In this document: in pieces, positions 1 to 8,226 of the stretch | Layout: each line of letters starts with the position of its first letter | Numbering within the stretch: position 1 is the first letter of the stretch | Source: a virus | Lineage: Duplodnaviria; Caudoviricetes | Length of the DNA: 64,000 nt | Strand: one strand, 5' to 3' | IMG/VR virus record: IMGVR_UViG_3300042469_000933 | Coordinates: 466-64,465 of that record | Notes under the pieces: generated by a model | What the model was told of the DNA's origin: nothing | The model's input: only the letters and a program-made list of their open reading frames with translations | Databases searched by the model: none | Made by a program: the position numbers and the translations under genes

Positions 1-2
1 TT

Positions 3-569
3 GCAGCGGGCTCCTTCACCTTGACCAACGCAGAAGGTAAGACCACGGTCTACCACCACCGGCCAGAGAACCCTATGTACGTCATCCGTATCGGGACCAA
101 AGGTCACATGAAGATGTACCGACCGCTGCACACCAGTAAGAAGTTCCGGTTCCTTGGCAACACGGACCGCAACGACATCTACGGGTATGACCGGGTACAT
201 TCGGACAAGCCGCTGCTGATCACAGGCGGACAGAAGGATGCGGAGACCGAGTTTGTGCACCTGGGTGTTCCAGCGATCGCATTCAACTCAGAATCATCGG
301 TACCGGACGAGGATGTCGTGTTCAAGTTGTTCATGCTGGTCAGCCGCCCCATCTTTGTGCTCTACGACAACGACGACGCAGGGCGGGCGTACACCGAACG
401 GGTCTGCAGCAAGTACAACATGCTCACGCCGATTTACCTCAGTCAGTACAGCCAGCAGAAGGATTTCTCTGCTGTTATCGAAAAGCGAGAGTTACACGTG
501 ATTGACCAACTACGCAGTTTCATCAACAAACACACAGAGGCATGTTCGCAAACATTGCACCCTTGCTGA
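3..569 (+). CDS. DNA primase, TOPRIM domain (5' end probably outside the window)
   Basis: The frame is open from the window start. It has TOPRIM-like motifs LLITGGQKD and VLYDNDDAG (DxD) plus a C-terminal KD, resembling phage DnaG-type primases. Confidence 0.75.
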   Translation, partial: AAGSFTLTNAEGKTTVYHHRPENPMYVIRIGTKGHMKMYRPLHTSKKFRFLGNTDRNDIYGYDRVHSDKPLLITGGQKDAETEFVHLGVPAIAFNSESSVPDEDVVFKLFMLVSRPIFVLYDNDDAGRAYTERVCSKYNMLTPIYLSQYSQQKDFSAVIEKRELHVIDQLRSFINKHTEACSQTLHPC

Positions 570-1183
570 AGTCCATCAAGGTCTCAGTAAGCCTGTCGCA
601 GCGCGACAACGGAGAATACGTGGCCATCATCGTGCCACGACCACGGTTCCAGACCGGAAACAAGATCCTGAACAACATGGTGCCCCTCATCCGGGTCTAC
701 AATACCATTGAGGGAATGGAGCTGGCGTTGGCCAGTGAAGAGATCGCCAGCAACATCCGTTCATACCACCACGCCGTGGTGAACGATGAAATGTTTAAGA
801 AGGCTCTGGCCAAGAAAGCTGAGCATGAAGATGACGGAGAAGGCCCTGCAACGGAAAGCAAGGCTGCACCAGCCAAGCGTGTCCCTAAGGCCAAGGCGAA
901 GGAAGAGCCTGCTCCGAAGGCGGAAGAAGCACCCAAGGTGAGCAAGGAAGAGAAGCTCATCATCGTGGGCATGAAGAAGCTGGAAGAGCTGATCAATGCC
1001 GCGGACAAGGAGAAGGCCAAGGCCAAGTTCAAGGAGATCGTCGGGGTGTACAACCTCGCGATCAGCGAAGAGGGCGGTTCGGTGGAGATCACGGAAGAAA
1101 CCCTCACGCAGCTCATGGCCCTGAAGGAAAAGGTAAAGATCATGCCTGAGCAGAAGGCACTGTTCGACATGAACCTGGATTAA
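542..1183 (+). CDS. PRTRC system protein E-like
   Basis: N-terminal MF...VSLS...IIVP...PL domain, a Lys/Ala/Glu/Pro-rich linker and a helical C-terminus. It lies directly upstream of the Ubl gene, as in PRTRC cassettes. Confidence 0.7.
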   Translation: MFANIAPLLKSIKVSVSLSQRDNGEYVAIIVPRPRFQTGNKILNNMVPLIRVYNTIEGMELALASEEIASNIRSYHHAVVNDEMFKKALAKKAEHEDDGEGPATESKAAPAKRVPKAKAKEEPAPKAEEAPKVSKEEKLIIVGMKKLEELINAADKEKAKAKFKEIVGVYNLAISEEGGSVEITEETLTQLMALKEKVKIMPEQKALFDMNLD

Positions 1184-1194
1184 CACGAACAACC

Positions 1195-1407
1195 ATGGCA
1201 GTAGAGATCGAAGCAGCACGACGCAAGTTCAAGCACGGTGACGAACTTCTGGAAGATCCAGGAGCGAACCTCTCACCGGAAGAGGTCATGGAGTTCTTCT
1301 CCGCACAGTACCCGGAGTTGACCAACGCTTCCATCGGTACGCCCGAGGTGGCCGATGATGAGACCGTTGTATATCCGTTCATCACCATCATCGGAAAGAA
1401 GGGATGA
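1195..1407 (+). CDS. PRTRC system protein C, prokaryotic ubiquitin-like protein
   Basis: 70 aa with the family signature R-x-F...L-x-DP...SPEEV..F.S..YPEL.NA and a C-terminal GKKG ending in Gly. Confidence 0.9.
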   Translation: MAVEIEAARRKFKHGDELLEDPGANLSPEEVMEFFSAQYPELTNASIGTPEVADDETVVYPFITIIGKKG

Positions 1408-2552
1408 AACGGGTCTTACGAAGAGCACTGAAAAGGGAAGGGGCGAAAGCCCCTTCTTCTTTTTCACTGACACGTGATTCGTTCTACCGTCAAGAGAATG
1501 CCGTAAAGAGCTGGATGAAAAGCAGTGCACGGCTCCGTGTAGAACCAGCAAGGCAGCGAGAGAACGAGATAGTGGAGCTTCCTAAGGAAGACGTGGAACT
1601 GTTCATGGTCAACAGGGTGATGGTCCCTCACGCGGGAGACATCATGGTGGACTACCTGGAGGAATATGCTGTTGCCTTGGAGCCGTTCTGGCTGTCTGAC
1701 TACATCAATCGCTTCACCGACAGGGATGATATCTCAAACCTGATCTGGACAATGGTCGAGTGCCTTATATCTGACGAGAACGGGGCTCTCCACTTTGACC
1801 AGACTAACGGGCTGTTCATGTTCTCTGCGTCCGTGGGTGAGGAACACCAGCACGGAATAAGGATCAACACGTTCCACAAGACAAGATTCTTTCCGTTGGT
1901 CATGGCCATTTCGCGAGAAGCGATCAGACACGGAGTAATGATCAATTGCTGGAAGGACTATTCTGACATGGCGGAAGACACGCTCAGGATACAGGTAAAT
2001 GAAAGTGAACCGGATGATGAGACATATCTGCGCGCGTCCCTGAAAGAAGACTGGGCTCAAAAGTGGTTCTCAAAGTTCATGCACAAGTGGTTTGACCTGG
2101 AGACAGAAAGCATTGTTTCGTGTGTCAGTAAACTGAGGATACCAACGCAAGTACTTGATCAAGTCAATTCACTTGCTGCCGCATTTGATGAGTATGGCAA
2201 AAAGGCAAAGGGCAACAAGCTCGTAGGAGCATACTGGCTGGACGAGAACTACAATGATGCAAGCCTCCATCCTGTGTATTGGGCCAGGAACAGCAATTAC
2301 CTGATGGACCAAATGGATTCAATGATAGACTCCATTCACAATGAGGGCTACGTCCATGAATACGGGATCACGCTTGGTGTTGAGAATGGCAAGGTCTACA
2401 TAAACGAATCGGAAAGAGACCTGTACATCTCTCGTTACGAACTCAGAAAACAGATCACGGAATGCGTCGAGTCATTAACCCTTCTATTGACACCTGTGCA
2501 GAGATCAAGAAGCAACTTGCCTCCAGTCTCGCCAGAGCAAGAACAGCCCTAG
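1404..2552 (+). CDS. PRTRC-associated protein (protein F position); alternative start at 1515
   Basis: 382-aa ORF with an ATGA overlap to the Ubl gene, located between C and B. The call is positional only. Confidence 0.5.
   Translation: MKRVLRRALKREGAKAPSSFSLTRDSFYRQENAVKSWMKSSARLRVEPARQRENEIVELPKEDVELFMVNRVMVPHAGDIMVDYLEEYAVALEPFWLSDYINRFTDRDDISNLIWTMVECLISDENGALHFDQTNGLFMFSASVGEEHQHGIRINTFHKTRFFPLVMAISREAIRHGVMINCWKDYSDMAEDTLRIQVNESEPDDETYLRASLKEDWAQKWFSKFMHKWFDLETESIVSCVSKLRIPTQVLDQVNSLAAAFDEYGKKAKGNKLVGAYWLDENYNDASLHPVYWARNSNYLMDQMDSMIDSIHNEGYVHEYGITLGVENGKVYINESERDLYISRYELRKQITECVESLTLLLTPVQRSRSNLPPVSPEQEQP
1431..1465 (+). terminator. Intrinsic terminator-like hairpin after the Ubl gene
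   Basis: GAAGGGGC-GAAA-GCCCCTTC perfect 8-bp stem followed by TTCTTTTT and preceded by an A-tract. Confidence 0.65.
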
Positions 2553-3232
2553 TTCTGTTCTCCAGCCTGTCAACGAAATCATGGACAGGACTGGAACTTT
2601 ACGACATAGCCCAAGGAGGGCGCCTTACCAACGGACGGCCCCTGAACGAAGAGCAACTGAAGTCGTTTGTTGAGGCCGCTTCAAAGACGATCAGAAAGAG
2701 GAAGAAGCGATCAGAGCAAACGATCTACGGCATAGTGGACGAGCGCACACTGTACGTGTCGGCAAAGTCACTGATGTTCGTTGTGCCGGCGGGGCAGAAG
2801 ACCGTCTTTGTAGGGGACGAGAAGAACTTCAAATCCATCCCGGTGTTCTTGCCAGCCATGGTGTTCTATTACGGCCTTGATGGAAGCCTAATGGCCTTCT
2901 GGTCCAAGACGGACGAGCGAAGCAAGCTGCTTGCAGAAGAACGAGTGTTGCTGCCAGCGCCAATGCCGAACATTTCAAAGGATGGTGACGTGTGCGTTGG
3001 AACATCCATGAAAAAGAAGCACGGAGCGGACATCCGCGAGTTGCAGAAGTTCGTGACAGACTCCTTCATGGGCTCCGCGTTTAATGAGTGGAGGTCTGAA
3101 GAGATAGCAGGAGCAATGGGCTTTGCTGCCAATACGAAGGCAACCACCGGAGAAGAGTTCTGGAAGTTGGCCAAGAAGGAGAAGTGGAACAAGTCCAAGA
3201 GTTACCGTTGCATTGCAGACATCATCACATGA
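2462..3232 (+). CDS. PRTRC system protein B (prokaryotic E2 family D)
   Basis: LPAMVF and APMPNISKDGDVCVG (putative catalytic Cys) followed by F..SAF. ATGA overlap with ThiF. Confidence 0.85.
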   Translation: MRRVINPSIDTCAEIKKQLASSLARARTALVLFSSLSTKSWTGLELYDIAQGGRLTNGRPLNEEQLKSFVEAASKTIRKRKKRSEQTIYGIVDERTLYVSAKSLMFVVPAGQKTVFVGDEKNFKSIPVFLPAMVFYYGLDGSLMAFWSKTDERSKLLAEERVLLPAPMPNISKDGDVCVGTSMKKKHGADIRELQKFVTDSFMGSAFNEWRSEEIAGAMGFAANTKATTGEEFWKLAKKEKWNKSKSYRCIADIIT

Positions 3233-4005
3233 AAAAGATCCATAAGACAGACCCGATCCTTCTTGGTGGTGCGCTACGGACAAGCATCGTTCTTGTTGGT
3301 TCCGGTGGCACTGGGACGCACATGCTGGAAGGCCTGGCCATGATGCACAAGTCGCTTGTAGACCTTGGCTACAACGGATTGACCGTATCCGTATACGACA
3401 ACGACATTGTGGAAGAGCACAACATCGGAAGGCAGCAGTTCGGATGGGGTGATGTAGGCAGCAACAAGGCGAACAAAGCTGTGATGAGGGTCAACAGGCA
3501 GTACGGACTTGACTGGAGAGCTTCTCCACACAGCTATGAGTTCAACAGCACTTCGTCACACAACGGCAACATTCTGATCACCGCAACAGACAGCGGACGG
3601 TCAAGGAACCTGGCTCAGCGAATGTTCAAGATGTGCATGGGCAGTAACGCGATAGACGACATTACCGAACACCGCGAGCACCACAACCTGATGCGTACGC
3701 TGTACTGGCTTGACCTTGGGAACAATGCCAAAAGCGGACAATTCGTGCTTGGTGCCCATGATTTACCGACCACCGTTGACCTGTTTGGTGAATACGACGA
3801 AACCGACGAAGGCCCATCCTGCTCTGCTGCAGAGAGCCTTCGTCGGCAAGACCTGTTCGTAAACAAGTCACTTGCAACAATGGCCTGTCACCTTCTCTGG
3901 ACCTTGTTCAGAAAAGGATGCATCGACTACCATGGTGGCTTCATGAACCTGGAGACCATGAAGATGCGTCCCATCCTAATCCCTCAACCCAATGGCCCTG
4001 TATAA
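3229..4005 (+). CDS. PRTRC system ThiF-family (E1-like) adenylyltransferase
   Basis: LVGSGGTG nucleotide-binding loop, DNDIVEEHNIGRQ, YWLDLGN and PSCSAAESLRRQDLFVN. The start is placed at ATG 3229, overlapping the upstream TGA. Confidence 0.92.
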   Translation: MKKIHKTDPILLGGALRTSIVLVGSGGTGTHMLEGLAMMHKSLVDLGYNGLTVSVYDNDIVEEHNIGRQQFGWGDVGSNKANKAVMRVNRQYGLDWRASPHSYEFNSTSSHNGNILITATDSGRSRNLAQRMFKMCMGSNAIDDITEHREHHNLMRTLYWLDLGNNAKSGQFVLGAHDLPTTVDLFGEYDETDEGPSCSAAESLRRQDLFVNKSLATMACHLLWTLFRKGCIDYHGGFMNLETMKMRPILIPQPNGPV

Positions 4006-4675
4006 GTTCGTTTGCGAAATGCACAAAGAGCATGGCGCGCTTGGATGGAGACAAAAGTCACAACCAGACTTTGATCCGTTAGGAGGAATGGCCGTTGCTC
4101 ACGACATTCTTGAGCACCTGCCTAATGGGTCTGAAGCCCCACACGATGAGTTCATGGCTTTGGGGGCGGCTGTGCTGATACGAGGCATGCAAGGCTACTT
4201 CATGAACAACACACCAGCGGACAACCTATGTTCTGACTTTCCCGACATCTTCAGCCATATCGTTTACCAGGACATAGGACTGTGTGATGCTCCGGTCACC
4301 AACCGCCTGCAGGACGAATGGGCGGAAACCATGATCAGCGAAACCGTCAACAAAGGCAGGGCCTTGATGATAAGCGAATGGAACATGAGCCCCAAGTTCA
4401 ACAACGAAGAACCGGGAATGTCGATCCATGAACTGGACGTATACCTGCACCATGTCAAGGGATGGATGCGCATTGGGTTCCGCAAAGCGCGTAAACGGTA
4501 CAATGGCCGTGTTCGTGACTTTGAGTTCACTTACCTGTTCAAAGAGATCGAAAAGGAAGCGGACAAGGCCTTGAAGAATGCCGAAGAACAAGATGAGTTG
4601 CACGTGCGACTAGTACGCAATCGCGTTGATGTGAAGCACCTCTCTGCTTACGAACTCTACCCACGAGAAGACTAA
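3992..4675 (+). CDS. hypothetical protein with HDxxEH...DE putative metal-binding motif
   Basis: 227-aa ORF overlapping the ThiF end, containing VAHDILEH and HDEFMALG. Confidence 0.6.
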   Translation: MALYKFVCEMHKEHGALGWRQKSQPDFDPLGGMAVAHDILEHLPNGSEAPHDEFMALGAAVLIRGMQGYFMNNTPADNLCSDFPDIFSHIVYQDIGLCDAPVTNRLQDEWAETMISETVNKGRALMISEWNMSPKFNNEEPGMSIHELDVYLHHVKGWMRIGFRKARKRYNGRVRDFEFTYLFKEIEKEADKALKNAEEQDELHVRLVRNRVDVKHLSAYELYPRED

Positions 4676-4691
4676 CAATACTCCCAACACC

Positions 4692-5039
4692 ATGATCGAC
4701 CAGATTGTAAAGGATGCAAGGTCTTTCCGCCTGAGCGGGAAGAATGCCGATGAGATCAATGTCTACGGCAACCAGGTGGAACTCTCTTTCAGGAACGTGG
4801 GCAAGTGGATCCACGACGAAGAAAGCGGACGTGAGCGAGAGGAAGAGGGTGACCCTGACTGGCGCGAGGATGATGACAACATGATCCTTGCGCCCGGAGA
4901 AATGAAGGCCATCTACACGGACGTGCTGAACTGGAGCAAGAGCAAAACCTGGTTCGACCACGTGACGTTCAGTGTAGAGCCCAGTGAGAAGTGCTGGCTG
5001 GTCATCGCAATACAGCTGGAAGATGCCACGCACCATTGA
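4692..5039 (+). CDS. hypothetical protein
   Basis: 115-aa ORF, caccATG context, phage-like codon use. Confidence 0.6.
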   Translation: MIDQIVKDARSFRLSGKNADEINVYGNQVELSFRNVGKWIHDEESGREREEEGDPDWREDDDNMILAPGEMKAIYTDVLNWSKSKTWFDHVTFSVEPSEKCWLVIAIQLEDATHH

Positions 5040-5688
5040 AACCGTCGTCTACAAGTTCGGCGAACTGAGCGACACAGCGAAAGAGAAAGCCTTGGATGAG
5101 TACCGCTATCGCAATCACTATCCATACGAACAGTGGTATGAACACGTGTGCGAAATGGTAGCCGAAGCTGCTGACATGATTGGCATTGACCTGCGTGGAC
5201 GTAAGCGGAAGTTCATGAACGGCAAGGAGGACAATGAAGGCATCGACATTCTGTTCAGCGGCTTTTCCAGCCAAGGCGACGGAGCTTGCTTTAATGGTTG
5301 GTATTACTACAACAAAGGCGCATTGGCCAAGGTAAAGAAAGAGTTTCCGGAGGATACGGAGCTTCATCGAATTGCCAGTGTGCTGCAGTCGGTACAACGC
5401 AAAGCCTTCTACCAGCTGTATGCAAAGGTGACACCAGGTCCGCTCAGCAATCACTACTCGCACTACAACACACGCACCATTGAGGTGTACGACAAGAAAG
5501 AGCTGGAGTATCCACAGGAAACATGGAACGAGTTCGAGGAAGGCATCGACGAAGCCTTGCGCGACTTCATGAAGTGGATTTATGTACAGCTGGAGAAGGA
5601 GTACGACTGGCTCATGTCCGATGGAGCTGTGCAGGACAGCATTGAAGCCAACGAAACTGAATTCAACGAAGACGGAACACTTGCATAA
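5023..5688 (+). CDS. conserved phage/MGE hypothetical protein
   Basis: MPRTIETVVYKFGELSDTAKEKA...FSGFSSQGDGACF...EFNEDG pattern, recalled from a widespread MGE family. Function unknown. Confidence 0.7.
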   Translation: MPRTIETVVYKFGELSDTAKEKALDEYRYRNHYPYEQWYEHVCEMVAEAADMIGIDLRGRKRKFMNGKEDNEGIDILFSGFSSQGDGACFNGWYYYNKGALAKVKKEFPEDTELHRIASVLQSVQRKAFYQLYAKVTPGPLSNHYSHYNTRTIEVYDKKELEYPQETWNEFEEGIDEALRDFMKWIYVQLEKEYDWLMSDGAVQDSIEANETEFNEDGTLA

Positions 5689-5690
5689 CC

Positions 5691-5954
5691 ATGGAAGACA
5701 CCAGAACAATGAAAGATCTCTGCAAGGAAGTCCTTGCCCTGCAAGACGCGTCCAATTCTCTTGGCGTGGTCAGGAGCATGCGACTTGCCATGAAACGCAT
5801 GATGAGCATGGGCATGGACACCGATGCTATCAACCAGCACCCCGTAACGTGCCTGTACATCGACAAGCTCTGCCATCTTGCACAACTGGCACAGCCCATC
5901 ATGACCGCTTCATACGACAACGTGCATCGTATGGCCAACGCAGAACAGCCATGA
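5691..5954 (+). CDS. hypothetical protein
   Basis: 87-aa ORF, taaccATG, tightly packed with its neighbours. Confidence 0.6.
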   Translation: MEDTRTMKDLCKEVLALQDASNSLGVVRSMRLAMKRMMSMGMDTDAINQHPVTCLYIDKLCHLAQLAQPIMTASYDNVHRMANAEQP

Positions 5955-6042
5955 AAATCGAATACCGCGACAATGGCGAGGCGTAGAGCGCAAGGATTTC
6001 GAGACCAAGACACAGCTCAACAAATTCCTTGCAAACCAATGA
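5951..6042 (+). pseudogene. frameshifted mini-ORF (about 30 aa)
   Basis: ATG 5951 and TGA 6040-6042 both form ATGA overlaps with neighbours. The span is 92 nt, one base short of an intact frame. Confidence 0.35.
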
Positions 6043-6524
6043 TCAAAGCCAAGAACATAGTGACCGGAACCACATTCTACACCTGGTTCGGCAAGATTAC
6101 CAAGCTCAACGGCAAAGGTGATTGGTTGTTCCATGTGTTTGAGCTGGTAAGCCATACCGACACCAGTGGTCCCAGAAAGGAGCTACATGGAACAGTAAAC
6201 TCTTACAAAGAAGCCATGCGCGTCCTTCGCCTGTCCGATCCAGCATGGCCACGAAACCAGCGCGGCAAAGTGACCAGATACGGTTGGGTACTGGCTTCTG
6301 TTCCAAACAGCGTGAACAAGCAACCAACCTGTCCGCGCTGTTTTCACGTAGGAGACGTAGAGCACAAAACGCTGCCTTACGGAGCAGGCACCGGCCCAAT
6401 GGGCAGATATAGGCTTGGCGACAACTACCGACCGGCCGTACGCTGCACTGTATGCGGCCACATGGAAGCTGGCCAAGTGCACATCGTACAGCCCTTCAAC
6501 AACCCACCAAGCTTTGAACTGTGA
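6039..6524 (+). CDS. hypothetical protein with C-terminal zinc ribbon
   Basis: CPRC...CTVC motif pair. Confidence 0.6.
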   Translation: MIKAKNIVTGTTFYTWFGKITKLNGKGDWLFHVFELVSHTDTSGPRKELHGTVNSYKEAMRVLRLSDPAWPRNQRGKVTRYGWVLASVPNSVNKQPTCPRCFHVGDVEHKTLPYGAGTGPMGRYRLGDNYRPAVRCTVCGHMEAGQVHIVQPFNNPPSFEL

Positions 6525-6883
6525 TGACAACCAAAGAACTGCGCAAGCAATACCGCCAGTGGGCGGGTACTGACGTCAGCAAGGATATCTGCGATTACGA
6601 AGGCTACATGCAAGGATGCTGGAAAGGCCGGTGGACACAAGACACTCAGGTACGGCTGTTTGTATCCAAATACCTCAACAGAAAAGATGGGCTCTGCAGT
6701 GTTGCTGCAGAGGGGGAGTATTCTGCAAAGGAGCTTCATGCCTTCTATCTTGAGTTAAAGGACATAAGTGCATTCGAGCGCTTTGCCGGATTCACTGAGA
6801 CACAGCCTGTACCCGACCATGTTCACACAATGCTTCATCTTGCAAGTTCATTGCAACTGTGGAATGGATTTCTCAACCGATAG
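6521..6883 (+). CDS. hypothetical protein
   Basis: 120-aa ORF overlapping the upstream stop. Confidence 0.55.
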   Translation: MMTTKELRKQYRQWAGTDVSKDICDYEGYMQGCWKGRWTQDTQVRLFVSKYLNRKDGLCSVAAEGEYSAKELHAFYLELKDISAFERFAGFTETQPVPDHVHTMLHLASSLQLWNGFLNR

Positions 6884-6885
6884 CC

Positions 6886-7263
6886 ATGGAAAACATCAAA
6901 GAAGGTACGTTGATCCGTGCCACACATCGACCGATTGACTTGATACCAGCATTCCTTCGTGAAGCAAATCGTCGTGGCCTGAACTGGGAAAAGATCATCA
7001 ATGACAGTCATGGCCAATTTGCCTATCACAATGGCATTGGGTCAGCAATAGATCTTGACTTCAATCCCAATCCAGATGCAAACTACTGGGTTCACTCAGA
7101 AGGCATCAATGGATGGACAAGCGAACAAGACGCAGCTCACAACATTGGAGAGCTCATTGACCTTCTGAACGAAGACCTTCCTGAAGGCATGTACTTTGGC
7201 GCTCACCCAGGAGACGGAGCCGACTACGGCTACTGGATGAATCCTGAAGAAGACCTCGACTGA
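6886..7263 (+). CDS. conserved phage hypothetical protein
   Basis: N-terminal GTLIRATHR..DLIPAF and C-terminal YFGAHPGDGADYGYW motif. Confidence 0.65.
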   Translation: MENIKEGTLIRATHRPIDLIPAFLREANRRGLNWEKIINDSHGQFAYHNGIGSAIDLDFNPNPDANYWVHSEGINGWTSEQDAAHNIGELIDLLNEDLPEGMYFGAHPGDGADYGYWMNPEEDLD

Positions 7264-7264
7264 C

Positions 7265-7498
7265 ATGAACAACAAGACCCTGGACATGAACAAGCTCTTC
7301 ACGATTACATGCACAAAGCTGGACTGGAAGCGAAAGTGGTGGCAAGTGTGGAAACCCAAAGTGTACTACACCACGCACTACATGGCTCATGTCAATCGAA
7401 CAGGAGAGGCCTTCAAGTGCCCACCAGAGATACTTCCTGTTCTGCACACACTACTCGAAGCGATTGAAGCCGAAGTGCGGCACGAACTTTCTCATTGA
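7265..7498 (+). CDS. hypothetical protein
   Basis: 77-aa ORF exactly filling the gap between neighbours, with a KWWQVWK motif. Confidence 0.55.
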   Translation: MNNKTLDMNKLFTITCTKLDWKRKWWQVWKPKVYYTTHYMAHVNRTGEAFKCPPEILPVLHTLLEAIEAEVRHELSH

Positions 7499-7499
7499 C

Positions 7500-8225
7500 A
7501 TGGAACTGATCATCAACTTTTCCGGCGGCAAAGACAGCTCCCTTATGCTGGCTCTGCTATGCGAGCAGTATCCGGATGTTCCCAAGCGAGTAGTCATGGC
7601 AGACACTGGCTGGGAGCATCCGGACGCTGTAGAATGGAGCCGTGATATCGTGTCGCTATTCGGACTGGAGCTGGAAGTGGTGCAAGCTGTTCGAGAAAGT
7701 GGCGAGGCCAACAGCTTTTTCAAGATGGTGGAACACCGCGGCATGTTCCCCGGCATGCAGCAGCGCCAATGCACCAGCGACCTAAAGCGCGGACCCATCC
7801 AAAAGATGATACGCAACATCCCATCTACTGAGAAACGCCCAGTGTACATCAACTGCATCGGCTACCGGAGCGAAGAAAGCCGGGACCGCGCCAAGAAGAA
7901 GTGCATCGTGCTGAACAATCTTTTGACCAACAGCAAGCGCATCGTATGGGACTATCACCCCATTCTTGCGTGGAAAAAGGCAGACGTGTTCCGCTACCTC
8001 AAAGAGCGGCTGATACCCGTGCATCCAGTGTACAACCACTTGGGCCGGTTCAGCTGCAGAGTGTGCATCTACATGACTCCGCATGATCTGAACCAAGTCG
8101 CTAAGTTTGACCCTGAGGCAATCAGTATCATTGAGAAAACAGAGAAGGACATCGGCTTCACGATGTTCATGAACGGACCCATAGGAACTCTCATCAACAC
8201 AGACCACAAAAAAACACCATCCTAA
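7500..8225 (+). CDS. phosphoadenosine phosphosulfate reductase family (PP-loop) protein
   Basis: FSGGKDS PP-loop, DTGWEHP, RQCTSDLK, GYRSEES..R, PILAW and RFSCRVC. Confidence 0.88.
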   Translation: MELIINFSGGKDSSLMLALLCEQYPDVPKRVVMADTGWEHPDAVEWSRDIVSLFGLELEVVQAVRESGEANSFFKMVEHRGMFPGMQQRQCTSDLKRGPIQKMIRNIPSTEKRPVYINCIGYRSEESRDRAKKKCIVLNNLLTNSKRIVWDYHPILAWKKADVFRYLKERLIPVHPVYNHLGRFSCRVCIYMTPHDLNQVAKFDPEAISIIEKTEKDIGFTMFMNGPIGTLINTDHKKTPS

Positions 8226-8226
8226 C

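Noticed and set aside
5023-5688. Toxin-antitoxin system (homologs are sometimes labelled antitoxin)
   Set aside because: No recognisable toxin partner or antitoxin motif, so the label cannot be supported from the sequence.
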